Source: Octopus sinensis
Lineage: Eukaryota
DNA length: 64,000 nucleotides
Direction: 5' to 3'
Assembly: GCF_006345805.1 (NCBI RefSeq)
Contig: NC_043005.1
Coordinates: 6,882,001-6,946,000 of the forward strand
Positions 12,599 through 25,149 of the stretch are shown piece after piece; within the stretch, counting starts at the first letter, position 1; each line of letters opens with the position of its first letter. A program made the position numbers and the translations under genes. The notes beneath the pieces are model-generated. The model was not told the origin of the DNA, ran no database searches, and was given only the letters and a program-made list of their open reading frames with translations.

Positions 12599-13278
12599 TA
12601 TATAAAGAGAGAGAACAAGAGAGGAAGAGGGAGAGACAGAGATGTGTGTGCGTGTGTGTATGTGTGTGTGTGTTTGTATGTATGTATGTATGCATATATG
12701 TATGTGTGAATGAATGAATGCGTGTAAGTATGCTTGTGTGTGTTTGTATGTATGTATGTATAAGTATCCATTCCCCACCTTTCATCACTGTTGTTTCTTT
12801 TTCATGTCTTTTCTTTTGAAGTTGTTCTTATTTTCATAGTTTTGGATTTCTTTTGTTTTTCTTTTATTTCTCTCAGGAATTCCTTGACAAGCTTTTTTCA
12901 TTTACTTTTTTTGTTTTTTTTAAATTTATGTACAGTTCACCTTCGAATTTTTTACCTTGTCCGGCTTGAAATTTTCAGTTAACATCTTAACCAAAGTAAA
13001 TAGATGGCTCATACTCTGATCTTAACATAGGGCCCCTCAACTGCAGAGGCCCCTCTGCGACCGTAGAGGTTGCAAGGGCTTAGCGACGGCCCTGCTGATT
13101 ATAATAGCTGATTGTAAAGCACCTTTTCATTTACAAACAGAAATCAAGAAAAAGTTAAGTAACTTTGAAATCTTTGTGTCATATCCACCAAGTAATTGGA
13201 AATGAAGCAGGTGTACTTCACTTATGGACAAAAAAGAAGAATTGTTCAGAATGTATATAAATTACAAAAGTTCATCAT

Positions 13279-13581
13279 GCGTAAAAAACACCATCCGAGC
13301 GTGGCCGTTCGCCAGCCTCATCTGGCACCTGTGTCGGTGGCACAAAAAAACACCATCCGAGCGTGGCCGTTCGCCAGCCTCGTCTGGCACCTGTGTCGGT
13401 GGCACATAAAAAGCACCCACTACACTCACGGAGTGGTTGGCGTTAGGAAGGGCATCCAGCCGTAGAAACACTGCCAGATCTGACTGGCCTGGTGCAGCCT
13501 TCGGGCTTTCCAGACCCCAGTTGAACCGTCCAACCCATGCTAGCATGGAAAGCGGACGTTAAACGATGATGATGATGATGA
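13279..13581 (+). mobile_element. RTE LINE 3'UTR fragment (2 units)
   Basis: Units, GGCGTTAGGAAGGGCATCC segment and (GAT)n tail. Confidence 0.85.
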
Positions 13582-13602
13582 TATATATATATATACTCAC
13601 CT

Positions 13603-13811
13603 TAAGGCAGTGAACCAGCAGAATTGTTAGCATGCTAGACAAAATGCTTAACAGCATTTTATCTGTCTATACATTCTGAGTTCAAATTCAGACTTTACTT
13701 TTAATCCTTTTGGGATCAATAAAATAAGTACCAGTTGAGCAATGGAGTCAATATGATCAACTTAACCCTGATCCTGAAATTGCTGGCCTTTTGCCAAAAT
13801 TTGAAACCAAT
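13603..13811 (+). mobile_element. SINE family B
   Basis: Homology to other family B copies. Confidence 0.7.
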
Positions 13812-13950
13812 ATATATACTCAATGTAAATACATATTGACAGATTCCATTGTTTGAAGTAGCACAAATACCCCATCTGTATGTTTCAGTAGCATTTGGAG
13901 AATGTTTTAAAAGGTGGTCAAGCTGTCTGAATGTACAAAGATAATTTAGT

Positions 13951-14382
13951 ACCCTGGATCCCAGAACGTCCCGCTGTGCTTGAGGAGACCTGTTGAGTCA
14001 AGTACATGAACATGAACATGAACATCGAAATAAATATCAATGGAAATAGTAGTTGTGATACCTGTGCCGGTGGCACATAAAAAGCACCATCTGAACGTGA
14101 CCGTAGCCAGCACCACCCCGACTGGCTTCTGTGCCGGTAGCACATAAAAAGCACCATCCGAACGTGGCCGTTGCCAGCGCCGCCTTGGCTGGCTTCCGTG
14201 CCGGTGGCACGTAAAAAGCACCCACTACACTCACGGAGTGGTTGGCGTTAGGAAGGGCATCCAGCTGTAGAAACACTGCCAGATCAGACTGGAGCCTGGT
14301 GCAGCCCCTGGCTTCCCAGACCCCGGTCGAACCGTCCAACCCGTGCTAGCATGGAAAACAAACGTTAAACGATGATGATGAT
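13951..14382 (+). mobile_element. RTE LINE 3' end
   Basis: GCTGTGCTTGAGGAGACC (AVLEET, ORF end like AVREKT at 36444), 2-3 units, (GAT)n tail; interrupts the Gypsy YxDD-like region. Confidence 0.85.
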
Positions 14383-14889
14383 TTATGAATTCATTAAGCA
14401 AATCCAACAAAGTACCATTCTTCGTAAACCAAATGCTGTTAATTTCAGCATAAACAAAGAAAATCCTTCTGATCAGTCATTCATTGATTTTGGGTAGGTG
14501 GAGGGTACTTTCATTGTTAAGTGGCTTTGCATCATCAAGATCAGTCAATGGAAAGAAAAAGTCTACTGAAAAGACCTAAGAATGGAATAAAGTAGTAGAG
14601 CCAGAAATATTAGACTTGTGAATTACAATAGATGATTTACCAGAAATATTATGGAAAATATTGCACCATTATTGACTTTAAGACAAAATTTTGAATGGGG
14701 GAATGGGAGAAAGATGAGTCATTTTCACTGCTGAAATCATTAACAGGGAATCCTGTTATTCAACCATTCTCAATGAAAAACCCTCTGCACTGATGGCAGA
14801 TGTGTATCAAAAATTAGTAGCAAGGAATGATCATCTTGTAGCATTCATTAATCATAGATTTAATAAAACTCTATAAAACTGACCAAATA

Positions 14890-15032
14890 CTGGTTTCAAA
14901 TTTCGACACCAGGCCAGCAATTTCGTGGGAGGGAGTAAATTGATTACATCAACCTATGTTCAACTGGTACTTATTTTATCAACTCCAAAAAGGTGAACGG
15001 CAAAGTTGGCTCTGACAGTATTTGAACTCAGA
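14890..15032 (-). mobile_element. SINE family B (truncated)
   Basis: Reverse complement of the core (CTGGTACTTATTTTATC). Confidence 0.7.
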
Positions 15033-15047
15033 AGAAAACAAGCTTAA

Positions 15048-16240
15048 AATTGGTTTCAAATTTTGGCAAAAGGCCATAAATTTTTGGGGAGCAGTAAGTT
15101 GATGACATAAACCCCAGTGTTCAATTAGTACTTATTTCATTGATACTGAAAGGATGAAAGGCAATGGTGGCCTTGGCAAAATTTGAACTCAGAATGTAAA
15201 GATGTATAGATGGTCAAGGTGATGTGTAGTGTGACCATCTAATAATGATTCATATCAGAAGGCTGAAATAATACACATAATGTGCCAGTGGGAAAAAGAG
15301 AGACACACAACCGAGTAGAAGGTTTGGAGAACATTTATTCATAGGTTAACTTGTGTGTCTGTGTGTGTGTCATGTATACAGAATAATAGACAGACCATCT
15401 TGCGAACAAAGTGTATGTGTGTCTGTGTGTGCATTGGGTACATATAAGAACAATGTAGAGGAAGAAAGTGAAAGAGTATGAATGCGATGCCAGACAAATG
15501 TTCATAGCCACAAGAATGAGAAATACCAGTTCATAGTCAGTTGTACATGGTGAAGAAGTTGTGGCGATGATGCAGAGCTGGTTGCAGTATGTGTCATACA
15601 AAGTTGTGACTGTAATGCTGCTGCCTGGGTCACTAGTACAGTTCTCACAGGTTGTATGTTTGCTGTTAACCATGGTGAAGTAGTTCACGAACAGTGCTGT
15701 TAGAACCTGTGCAGTGTTGCTGGTGCTGTGTACATAGAGATGTTGACGATGTTGGTGAGATACATGATGGTGGTGACGAAGATGGAGGTTGCTGTAATGC
15801 TGTTGGATGGGTGTTGTTTGGCATTGTCACTGGAACTGGCTGTGTCATGTGGTCAGTGGCTATGCCTTAGAAGATCTGGAACCAAAAACTTCAAGACGAG
15901 GAGAAGTTGAGCTTTTATAGAGAACAGTTGTCTCAAACTGGGGTTGAGAACAGACTGTCTCATGTGATCTTATTTAGGGATTTCGATTGGTTAGGTTGCA
16001 TATTGGCATGATAGAGTAAGAGACAAATTGTGCCAATACCAACCAATCAGAGTGGTGGACACAACAGGATCCAAATAGCGCCCAAATCGCACCCAAAGGT
16101 TAGCTGTTATCTGCTACATTCGTATGTACATATATATAATAGGGAGAGAGGAATTTCATTGAAGTGTACGCTACAGATGGATGAAACACCACTAGGCATT
16201 TTGTTAGGCATGCTAACAATTCTGCTAGCTCATTGCCTTA
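15048..16240 (-). mobile_element. SINE family B split by a solo LTR
   Basis: 15048-15204 joins seamlessly to 16180-16240 when the LTR and one GATG are removed. Confidence 0.75.
15205..16175 (-). mobile_element. Solo LTR (~970 bp)
   Basis: 4-bp TSD GATG (15201-15204 / 16176-16179); right end CGCTACA, left end TATAG (alternative start TGTAGTGT at 15225, also preceded by GATG); minus-strand CCAAT (~15986), TATAAAA (15913-15919), AATAAA (15334-15339) in U3-R-U5 order. Confidence 0.8.
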
Positions 16241-18421
16241 GAAACTGGCCAATATTGAGCATGAAGCCTATGCATTAGTTTGGTGCACTGAACAACAGAA
16301 GTATTTTTTACTTGGTTTTAAATTCCATCTTAATCATGGACCATGAACCTCTAAAAACTCCATTTTTAAATGATCTTGATATATTATAGAAAACTTCAAA
16401 GAAATTTCTTGGTTGGGTTTAATTAAGGTTGTGTTATGATTTTATAATAAAACATACTTATAAACATTCATATACAAATAATTCAGAACTTATATTTTTT
16501 CTGTTACCTTGCTAAATAAGAACCTCTAAAGCATGGACATTATAATCCATATCAACAGATACAGTTGATTCAGTGAATAACCATTTACATAAGAACCTGT
16601 CATTTAGCAACATTAACCCTTTACTATTCTGATTACTCTGTTAAATGTAATGCTTGTTTATTTTTTAAATCCAACACTATGCCACCAATTTTCATAGATC
16701 TATAACTTAAAAAAAAGAGGTAAATCAATTTTTGCAATATCAACTTCAATATATGCCCTGACACCCACTATTAAAGTAACTCAAAACTTGACCATCTTAA
16801 TACACGTTACTATCATTCCATTACCAAAACAAAAACTTCTGTTGGATTTACTAATCTTAGCCAAGGCTTTTTCTCTATTACTCATGGCACAAAGAAGCAC
16901 TTCTAGCCAGAGTTCTCCAGCAATTATATGAGATAAAAGCAGAACAAAGTCTCTCTCTTACCAGAGCAGACACCTGTCTGTATGAGTTGTTAATCAGAAT
17001 ATTTTCAGCAGGTGTTTCAGCATGACCTAAAACCATATGCACCTAATCAAACTCAACAACTTCGTTAATATGATTTAGATGACAATCTTTGACAAAATGT
17101 TAAATTGACTTATATTTAAAACATCTCATAATCCTACTATTCCTCTCTGTAGGATTTGACCTAATATCACAGTAAAATTTACAATTGTTACCACTCACTC
17201 TCTAACGGTGTCTTTGTTGTATTTTTCTATCTCAGCTACAATGGCTAAAGTTAACTGTCTTTAGTTCATGTTTAACACTAGTACAATGCATTCACTTATC
17301 GAAATATCTCTTAATACTTTATTGAGTGTATTTTTCATGCATTTGTAAGTCAATTGAAAACATGTGATACATACCAACTTTTCATTTTCTCTGTATATGT
17401 TCACAGCATTAAGCTCAAAAAAGGTCTGGACACTTTCTGGTAAAACAATTCTGAATTGTGATATTTTTTATAAAGAAATTCATATCTTACAAGAAAAGCA
17501 TTTAAACCTGTTCTAGAAAGTCGTTTGTTTGAATAAAATTCTTTAAATGTCACTTTTTGTCTTGGTAATTATTATTGAACTTCTCTATAATTAGTTTCAG
17601 CTCATTTTCTTGTCCAGTTTTGTGTGTTTTTTAAATTTCTAAGACATTCACAAACATTTTTTATTGGGATTAAGAAAAACTTAAGGTCCATATACAGAAA
17701 CTAGACTTCTAAATCTTGACATCATGATTGATGGTCATTCTCTTTACATAAGCTTGTTTTGTAAAATTAGATATAATTTTTTTTAGTTTTTTACATTCAA
17801 CTGTGTTCAAAAACTAATATTTCTCATTGCAGGTTACTTCCAATCCATACTACAGTTCACTAAACAAGAAACATTATATATTTTGCTGGAGAAAAGAGTT
17901 AATTTGCCAGGCTACCAAGTGTTTACAGTGGTCAACAAACATTTAAAGTCTTTCATACATTCTTTACTTCAAATCACAACACAGCATTCATTTTCCAGAC
18001 ATTGTATCCTTATATCAATAGAGCCAGCTCAATATTAACCCCAATGGCCATATTATCTATATCCTCTTTTTTTATCTGAGAGAGATTTGGTTGCTATTTT
18101 TAGCAGATTGTGCAAGCATACAAAGGCTCTCTCTAATCTCTGGTAACAGTACTGAATTTATCTTTTAAAAACAATTCCTTAATTTACATCGTTGCAATAA
18201 ATTAGAATCAACAGCATCATCCCAAGATATAAATGACAGTTCAAGCGATAGAGCAAGCATTGAAATATTATATTCTAGAATTACTTGTTTTGACTTATAT
18301 TCACAAAAGATTCTTCTCAGTTACAAAACTACTGTAGGTTGGTATACAATGTCTTCAAGAGAAAGTTTATCAAGAGAAACCTTCAATTACTATAAACCCT
18401 TTGAAAATATTAATAAACAAA

Positions 18422-18802
18422 TCTATATATATAAAGCTGAAGTTGTCTGTGTATGGCAGGTTTGGTAGCCTTCAACTAACACTATCTCCTCTGGCACAAG
18501 TTGACCAAAATTGAGAGTTTGATAGAAGAAAGCTTGCTCTTCCTTCCGTAGAAGAAAAATTCAAATCAGACCATGTTAACACCAAAATTTATTTACATCA
18601 TAAAGATGCTTTTTCCCCATGAAAATCCCTATTTTTTACGATTTTTTTACTGCTGTGTTGCCATTTTTCTCTCTATTTCAACCAGAAAAAATGTTCACTT
18701 AAAGAGAATAACAAACTATATAATGCAAAATTTTTACTTTTCAAAAATTCCAATTCTAAAGGGTCAAAACAAACCCAAGAAAACGCTGGGCGATACTGCT
18801 AG
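18422..18802 (+). mobile_element. Non-autonomous Helitron (family H-a)
   Basis: A|TCTATATATATAAAG ... CCCAAGAAAACGCTGGG hairpin ... CTAG|T. Confidence 0.9.
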
Positions 18803-19158
18803 TTTCATATAAGATTAAGTTGGTGTTCTCTGTTACTGCTGTAAATAGCATTGTGTTTGCCAACCTTAACACTGATTGACTAGAGAGACAAGAATCAGCT
18901 GCACTCGAACTTGTTTCAGTGAAGCAGCTAACACCATTTATAACATCCACAGACGAAAACAATTCAGTTCATGTAAAAAAATACCATCACATTTCACTGT
19001 ATTGGTGTAACAGAGGATGGCCAGTCATGACTTAATCATGATACAGAACTAGACTGAATAGAAAAAGTTATGTTAAAAGCTCACATGTTTGTAAAAGAAG
19101 GATATACAGGATAGCGGAATACCTTCTGTGAACTTGTTATTAGTATTACTGTTGCTGT

Positions 19159-19553
19159 TTGTTTGTTTGTTGAGTGAAGTGGTCTTCGTCCCATTAGTGG
19201 GATAAGTCCGAAACGTGGTCCTTTGCTATTTGTAAGACCTGCAGAAGAGAAAGCAGAGCATCGATGGATGGATGAATGTGCATCCAGGCTCAGCGGTTGT
19301 GTAGGAAGTCGGGGACAAGAAACAGGAAGAAAGAGTGAGAGAAAGTTGGAGCGAAAGAGTACAACAGGGGTGCCACCACCTCCTGCTGGAGCGAAAGAGT
19401 ACAACAGGGGTGCCACCACCCCCTGCTGGAGCCTCGTGGAGCTTTAGGTGTTTTCGCTCAAAAAATACACATAACGCCTGGTCTGGGAATTGAAACCGCG
19501 ATCCTCCGACCGCGAGTCCGCTGCCCTAACCACTGGGCCATTGCACCTCCACC
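19159..19553 (-). mobile_element. SINE with family C head and a different 3' half
   Basis: Same tRNA head as 3395-3785; 40-bp internal tandem duplication (19347-19426); (AAAC)n tail; 11-bp TSD ACTGTTGCTGT. Confidence 0.85.
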
Positions 19554-19962
19554 ACTGTTGCTGTCATACTTGCTTTCAGTATAGTTATTGCAAGTTACGA
19601 GCTTTGATCAGACTATAGGTTAATTTGTCTTTTCTCAACTAGAGGAGATCAGTATACATTGACTAAGAAGGTAGAAATGGTTGTACATGATGTCCTAATT
19701 GGATTCCTTAAAATACAACAATCTAATCAATATTAACATAGATAGTTCAATATGTTCATCATATAAAATGGAAAGAATTTCAGTCTTATGTTACATTAAA
19801 ATGAATGCCAAACGTCTGACTTCAAAAGCAAAAGACAAACATCACATGCAAGTTGAAAAAGATTATGCTTATTTCATTGAATAAACTACCTAGGATTTGA
19901 AATGATAATGTTGTTCTTCAGAAAACTAAAATCTTGGTTAAGTTTAGTAGGTATTGAATACT

Positions 19963-20320
19963 ATCATCATTATCATCATTATCATCATCCTTTAACGACC
20001 ACTTTCCATGCTAGCATGGGTTGGACGATTTGACTGAGGACTGGTGAACCAGATGGCTGCACCAGGCTCCAATCTGATCTGGCAGAGTTTCTACGGCTGG
20101 ATACCCTTCCTAATGCCAACCCCTCCGAGAGTGTAGTGGGTGCTTTTATGTGCCACCGGCACGAGGGCCAGTCTGGTGGTACTGGCAACAGCCACACTGA
20201 AAATGGTGTTTTTTACATGCCACCTGCACAGGAGTCAGTCCAGCGGCACTGGCAACGACATTGTTTGAATGTTTAGTTCACGTGCCACCGGCACAAGTGC
20301 CAGTAAGGCGACACTGGTAA
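19963..20320 (-). mobile_element. RTE LINE 3'UTR fragment (3 units)
   Basis: (CAT)n tail, reverse-complement units. Confidence 0.8.
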
Positions 20321-20674
20321 CAATAATAAAATAGACTGCTATTGATAAGTTTGGTTGATACCTACAATTGGCATAAATTAAAAGGCAAGATTGTTATTGA
20401 ACGGTGAAATAACTAGAACAGAAAACTCACCATAATTTTTTTTATATTATTAAAAGAATATGAAATCGATAAAATGATAATGAATTACAACACTTATAAT
20501 TTTATTAGGACCCTTCAAATTCAAAGATTAATTAAGAAAAATAGTCTGCAAATGAAAGAAAGTCTTAATTGTTCTCAACAATTAAGAGAAACATAATATA
20601 GATATTGTTTGAAAAACTGAGATTTCATATATGTTTCTGAAACAAAGTGTTCAAAATCAACTTAGTGATTGTTA

Positions 20675-20720
<46 letters not shown>

Positions 20721-21521
20721 CGTGCATGTGTGCATGTGTGTGTGTGTGTGTGTGTGTGAACATTAAAGTTTTAGTACTTACACTTCATTCTTTGAACCCT
20801 TGAGAGAAGAAGATTGTTTAAATCTTTATATGGTGTGTTTAGCATTGCCTAATATGCAATGATGCCTTTAAAGCATTGATGTCAGTCTATGCCTGGGATG
20901 GTTTAATGATATTCTATCTATACTATAATGGAGAAAGCAGCTTTACTCTTAATGCAGCCTGACAATGTTATTTTTAGCGCTAGTGCAACATACATAAACC
21001 ATCAAAGTGACAGATATGGCCTTTTCATGAATGTTATGCATTATAAAATGTCAGCATGTTATAGTTTTATTTCCAAAATGGGCTTGTGATAAGAACATGA
21101 GTAAACTGCCCAGTATCCTAGTTATATTCACTTCTGCTATGTGTTTTATCTTTAATGTCCTTGACTTACTTAACATGTCAAGTTCAAGAAAGTAGCCACA
21201 TCACACAAAAGATAACATTACATCTTTTGTTATAAGTACACAACAATGAATTTGAAAGTAAGTTTCCCAAAAAAATTTCAGTGAGTTTTCCTAATACGCA
21301 GACACTGGAAGTGAAGATGGAATAAGTAAGAATGAAACTTTGAGAATATTTTAAACAGCTAAAGCCTTTTGATACAAATAGACAACTAGAAAAGGATTTT
21401 TGGTGCTGTTCTTTCTGGTTTACCTATATATGCTTGCAGTCGTACACACACACACACATACACATACACACACATACGTATATACACGCACACATGTATA
21501 CACACACACACACACACATTA

Positions 21522-21592
<71 letters not shown>

Positions 21593-21667
21593 CCTCATTT
21601 CTTCTAATATAAAATACCTGTACATCATCTCCAAACCTTCTAATATATATATAGATATATCAATATA

Positions 21668-21743
21668 TCACAGACCCCAGTTGAACTGTCCAACCCATGC
21701 TAGCGTGGAAAGCGGACGCTAAATGATGATGATGATGATGATG

Positions 21744-21744
<1 letters not shown>
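21668..21744 (+). mobile_element. Very short RTE 3' terminus
   Basis: CAGACCCCAGTTGAAC...GGAAAGCGGACGCTAAA(TGA)n. Confidence 0.8.
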
Positions 21745-21772
<28 letters not shown>

Positions 21773-21775
<3 letters not shown>

Positions 21776-21985
21776 CTGTAAATGTAATAAGTGACAATTA
21801 TTCGGTAGCATTTTTTCCGATGGCCAGATAACTGAAGAGATGGCAGTGTGGATTTCAACCCCGACATCCGAACTTGGAGTTTTATCATTGCTACCAAATA
21901 ATTGTCACATATTACATTTACAGATAAATTCCTCTACATAATATTGAGGTCTCTCATTCTTTTGTTGTCTTACCATTTCTATCAA
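21773..21985. mobile_element. Penelope-like pLTR fold-back fragment
   Basis: 38-bp inverted arms 21773-21810 / 21889-21926 enclosing a CTGAAGA-GATG...CATC-CGAAC hammerhead-like core. Confidence 0.55.
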
Positions 21986-21997
21986 TATATATACATA

Positions 21998-22051
<54 letters not shown>

Positions 22052-22055
<4 letters not shown>

Positions 22056-22400
22056 AGATTGGTTTCAGCCATTATTAGCCAGGCTATGATTAACTCAATT
22101 GCACCATCTGGAAAAGTGTTTTGTTAATTATTTTGGAATGCCATGGACCACTCAAGCAGAGATTTGTTGTTGGTTGTGATGTATCCAGGTGTAAGTGGTT
22201 TATCCAATATTTCCTGAAGGAATTTGTCCAGGTACTGTTTGAAAGTTGAGGTATCTTTTTCTTCGTTAATTTCTTTTGGGATAACATTGAAAAGAGCAGG
22301 ACTATTTGCAGTGAAGAAATTGTGTCGCAATGTTATGTGATGTGGTCCCGACCTTTGTAGGGGATGCATTGCATGGGGGCCTAGTTTTTGTTGAATTGTG
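22052..22400 (-). mobile_element. CR1-group LINE 3' end
   Basis: NFFTANSPALFNVIPKEI...FKQYLDKFLQEILDKP ORF2 C-terminal pattern. Confidence 0.75.
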
Positions 22401-22567
22401 GAGGAGTGGCTGTGTGGTAAGTAGCTTGCTAAACAACCACATGGTTCCAGGTTCAGTCCCACTGTGTGGCATCTTGGGCAAGTGTCTTCTGCTATAGCCC
22501 CGGGCCAACCAAGCCCTTGTGAGTGGATTTGGTAGTCAGAAACTGAAAGAAGCCTGTCGTATATATG

Positions 22568-22600
<33 letters not shown>

Positions 22601-22816
22601 TTGTGTGTCTGTGTTTGTCCCCCTAGCATTGCTTGACAACCGATGCTGGTGTGTTTACATCCCCGTCACTTAGCGGTTCGGCAAAAGAGACCGATAGAAT
22701 AAGTACTGGGCTTACAAAGAATAAGTCCCGGGGTCGATTTGCTCGACTAAAGGCGGTGCTCCCGCATGGCCGCAGTCAAATGACTGAAACAAGTAAAAGA
22801 GTAAAAGAGTAAAAGA
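22401..22816 (+). mobile_element. SINE family A, near full length
   Basis: A/B boxes, internal microsatellite, (TAAAAGAG)n tail. Confidence 0.9.
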
Positions 22817-22954
22817 ATAATACCGATATCATCTGGATAATATTAGTGGAATATTTTCCACATGGTGCAAATAATATATTGCTCATGGCAGTGTTGCAGA
22901 GAATAGAGTTTCAGCTGTTTAAGTCAAACCCAAAAGTCAAGTCCTGTCATGCCA

Positions 22955-23200
22955 TTAATTCTTTTCGTGATTGATCTTTGTGGCACTTCGATCTTCATTA
23001 TGTCTTGTTTTTTGTAGAGGGACCACAATGGACAGCAGTATTCGAGGTGGGAGCCTAGTGAATGTGATGTTCAGCATCTTGATATTGGTTTTTACCACTT
23101 CAACCCATGTTTTTCTAAATCTTTCTCTTTCCCATACACCATCTATTTTGAACACAAACCATGTTTTATGCACCATGTGCCCATATCAATTCATTCTTCT
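22955..23200 (-). mobile_element. Degraded RTE ORF C-terminus
   Basis: IDGVWERERFRKTWVEVVKTNIKML matches the VEGTCGRGRPRKTWVEVVKHDL pattern at 36320-36390. Confidence 0.65.
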
Positions 23201-23231
23201 CTTTTGCAGACTACAGACTATATATATATAT

Positions 23232-23562
23232 AGACTGGCTTCTGTGCCGGTGGCACATAAAAAGCACCATCCGAACGTGGCTGATGCCAGCACCGCCTTG
23301 GCTGGCTTCCGTGCCGGTGGCACGTTAAAAGCACCAACCAATCGTGACTGATGCCAGACCCCTCTGGCACCTGTGCAGGTGGCACGTAAAAAGCACCCAC
23401 TACACTCACGGAGTGGTTGGCGTTAGGAAGGGCATCCAGCTGTAGAAATACTGTCAGATCAGACTGGAGCCTGGTGCAGCCCCTGGCTTCCCAGACCCCG
23501 GTCGAACCGTCCAACCCGTGCTAGCACGGAAAACGGACGTTAAACGATGATGATGATGATGA

Positions 23563-23564
<2 letters not shown>
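23232..23564 (+). mobile_element. RTE LINE 3'UTR fragment in (TA)n
   Basis: 2-3 units, (GAT)n tail, (TA)n on both sides. Confidence 0.85.
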
Positions 23565-23606
<42 letters not shown>

Positions 23607-23608
<2 letters not shown>

Positions 23609-23752
23609 GATGGGATTCTTACAGTTTCCATCTACCATATTCACTCACAAGGCTTTGGTCGCCCTGAGGCCATAGTAGAAGACACTTGCTCAAGGTGCCA
23701 CATAGAGAGACTGAACCCGGAACCAAGCTTTTTACCACACAGCCACTCCTGT
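23607..23752 (-). mobile_element. SINE family A 5' half
   Basis: Reverse complement of the family A head. Confidence 0.75.
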
Positions 23753-23785
23753 GCTTATCAATATTTATATATAATTTTTATATAC

Positions 23786-23928
23786 AGGTGTGGTTGTGTG
23801 ATAAGAGGTTTGCTTCTCAACCACTGATTCGGCATTCAGTCCCAATGCATGGCACCTTGAGAAAGTATCCTCCACTATAGCTTCAGGCCTTATGAGTGGA
23901 TGTGGTCGGTGGAAACTGAAAAAAGCCT

Positions 23929-24019
<91 letters not shown>

Positions 24020-24071
24020 GTATGTGTGTGTGTGTGTGTGTGTGCATGTGTGTGAAAGTTTGTGTGTGTAC

Positions 24072-24102
<31 letters not shown>

Positions 24103-24280
24103 CATGTGTGTGTCTTTGTATTTGTCCCCCAACACTCTTTCACAGCTAGTGTTGGTGTGTTTATGCCCCCATAACTTAATAGTTCGACAAAAGAGACTAA
24201 TAGAATAAGTACCTCAACATGGTGCCCCGGCATGGCCACAGTATAATAGCAGAAAGAAGTAAAAGATAAAAAATAAAAGA
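23786..24280 (+). mobile_element. SINE family A with expanded (TA)n/(TG)n
   Basis: Diverged head and tail, long internal microsatellite. Confidence 0.75.
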
Positions 24281-24284
24281 TATA

Positions 24285-25133
24285 CAGGTTGCAGTGAATA
24301 TATTGTTGTCTAAATTACAAAAATGGAAATAACACTGACATCTCATTTTAACAGATATATTTACCAAAATTTCATTGAAATATCTGAAAATACTAAAGAA
24401 TAAATTTATTCAATAAAATCGCCATTGGCTTTAACCACAGCCTCCAGTCGACTTTGGTATCTCTTGCAACTCTTCTGGTCAATCTCCTTATGTAAGTTGG
24501 TCAATGCTGCCAAGAGTTTTGTCGGTCTCTCTCTCAACTGCACCCCACACATAATAAGCAAGGGTGTTGTAGCTTGGGGAGTTAAGTAGCCAGATGTCAG
24601 GAGTGATGTGGTGGCAGAAATTGTCTGACAGTCATGACTGGGTTCTCCTGCTTGTATGGCTTGGTGCAGAGTCTTGTTGCCAGACATAGCATCTTCCAGC
24701 AGCCATCCTCTTGACCCAGGGGAGCACTACCCCCTCCAGGCAATTGATGTAGGCCTCCCCGTTGAGTCTGAGGCCATGTGAGAAGATAACTGGAAGCATA
24801 ACGTCACCATCACTAGTGATGTTGACTGGATGCTTGATTTTTATCACACTTGGTACATATTTTAGGGGCACAGCAAGCCAACTGTTGTTCTGTGTGTTCA
24901 ACCTCTGTTCATATTGGAGCTTCAGGCATTCATGCCAGAAGCTCCAATACCAAGCAGTACAGGATGTCGTTTCCAAATTTCTGGCAGAGTGAATTGTGTC
25001 ATGGTGCTGTTTTTCTCACAGATGGTGCCCACCTGACCCTCCTATACTATGTAGTTGACAAAATCAAAAACAAATAATGTGCATGCGTGAAATTAAAAAT
25101 ATAAAATGGTGACAATTTTCCCATTGCACTCTG
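24285..25133 (-). mobile_element. Internally deleted DD37D (maT-like) Tc1/mariner relic
   Basis: YVWQQDSAPSHTSRRTQS*LSDNF...NSPSYNTLAYYVWG (37-residue spacing, last D decayed); imperfect TIRs CAGGTTGCAGTG / CATTGCACTCTG. Confidence 0.8.
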
Positions 25134-25149
25134 CATATGTATACATATA

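Larger units (their letters stand above)
11424..13094. mobile_element. Non-autonomous hAT DNA transposon
   Basis: TIRs CAGGGCTGTCGC / GCGACGGCCCTG; perfect 8-bp TSD CTGATTAT (11416-11423, 13095-13102). Confidence 0.9.
10400..16480 (+). mobile_element. Ancient, heavily degraded Gypsy/Ty3 gag-pol fossil split by nested insertions
   Basis: Colinear remnants: gag KKLIIADRLKLL...ELINDFILR (~10640-10740); knuckle-like KCYKYEKFNRIAKH (~11020-11070); RT-N APFHLQTEIKK...KKEELFRMYINYK (~13115-13270); FQ.HLENVLKG...YKDNLV (YxDD-like, ~13885-13950); GNPVIQPFS (~14745); RNase H NIEHEAYALVWC...FLLGFKFHL.MDHEPL (~16250-16355). Confidence 0.75.

Noticed and set aside
15335-15910. Small Cys/Thr-rich host gene with TATA box and poly(A) signal
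   Set aside because: Lies wholly within a TSD-flanked solo LTR, and the ORFs are in different frames with no recognisable domain
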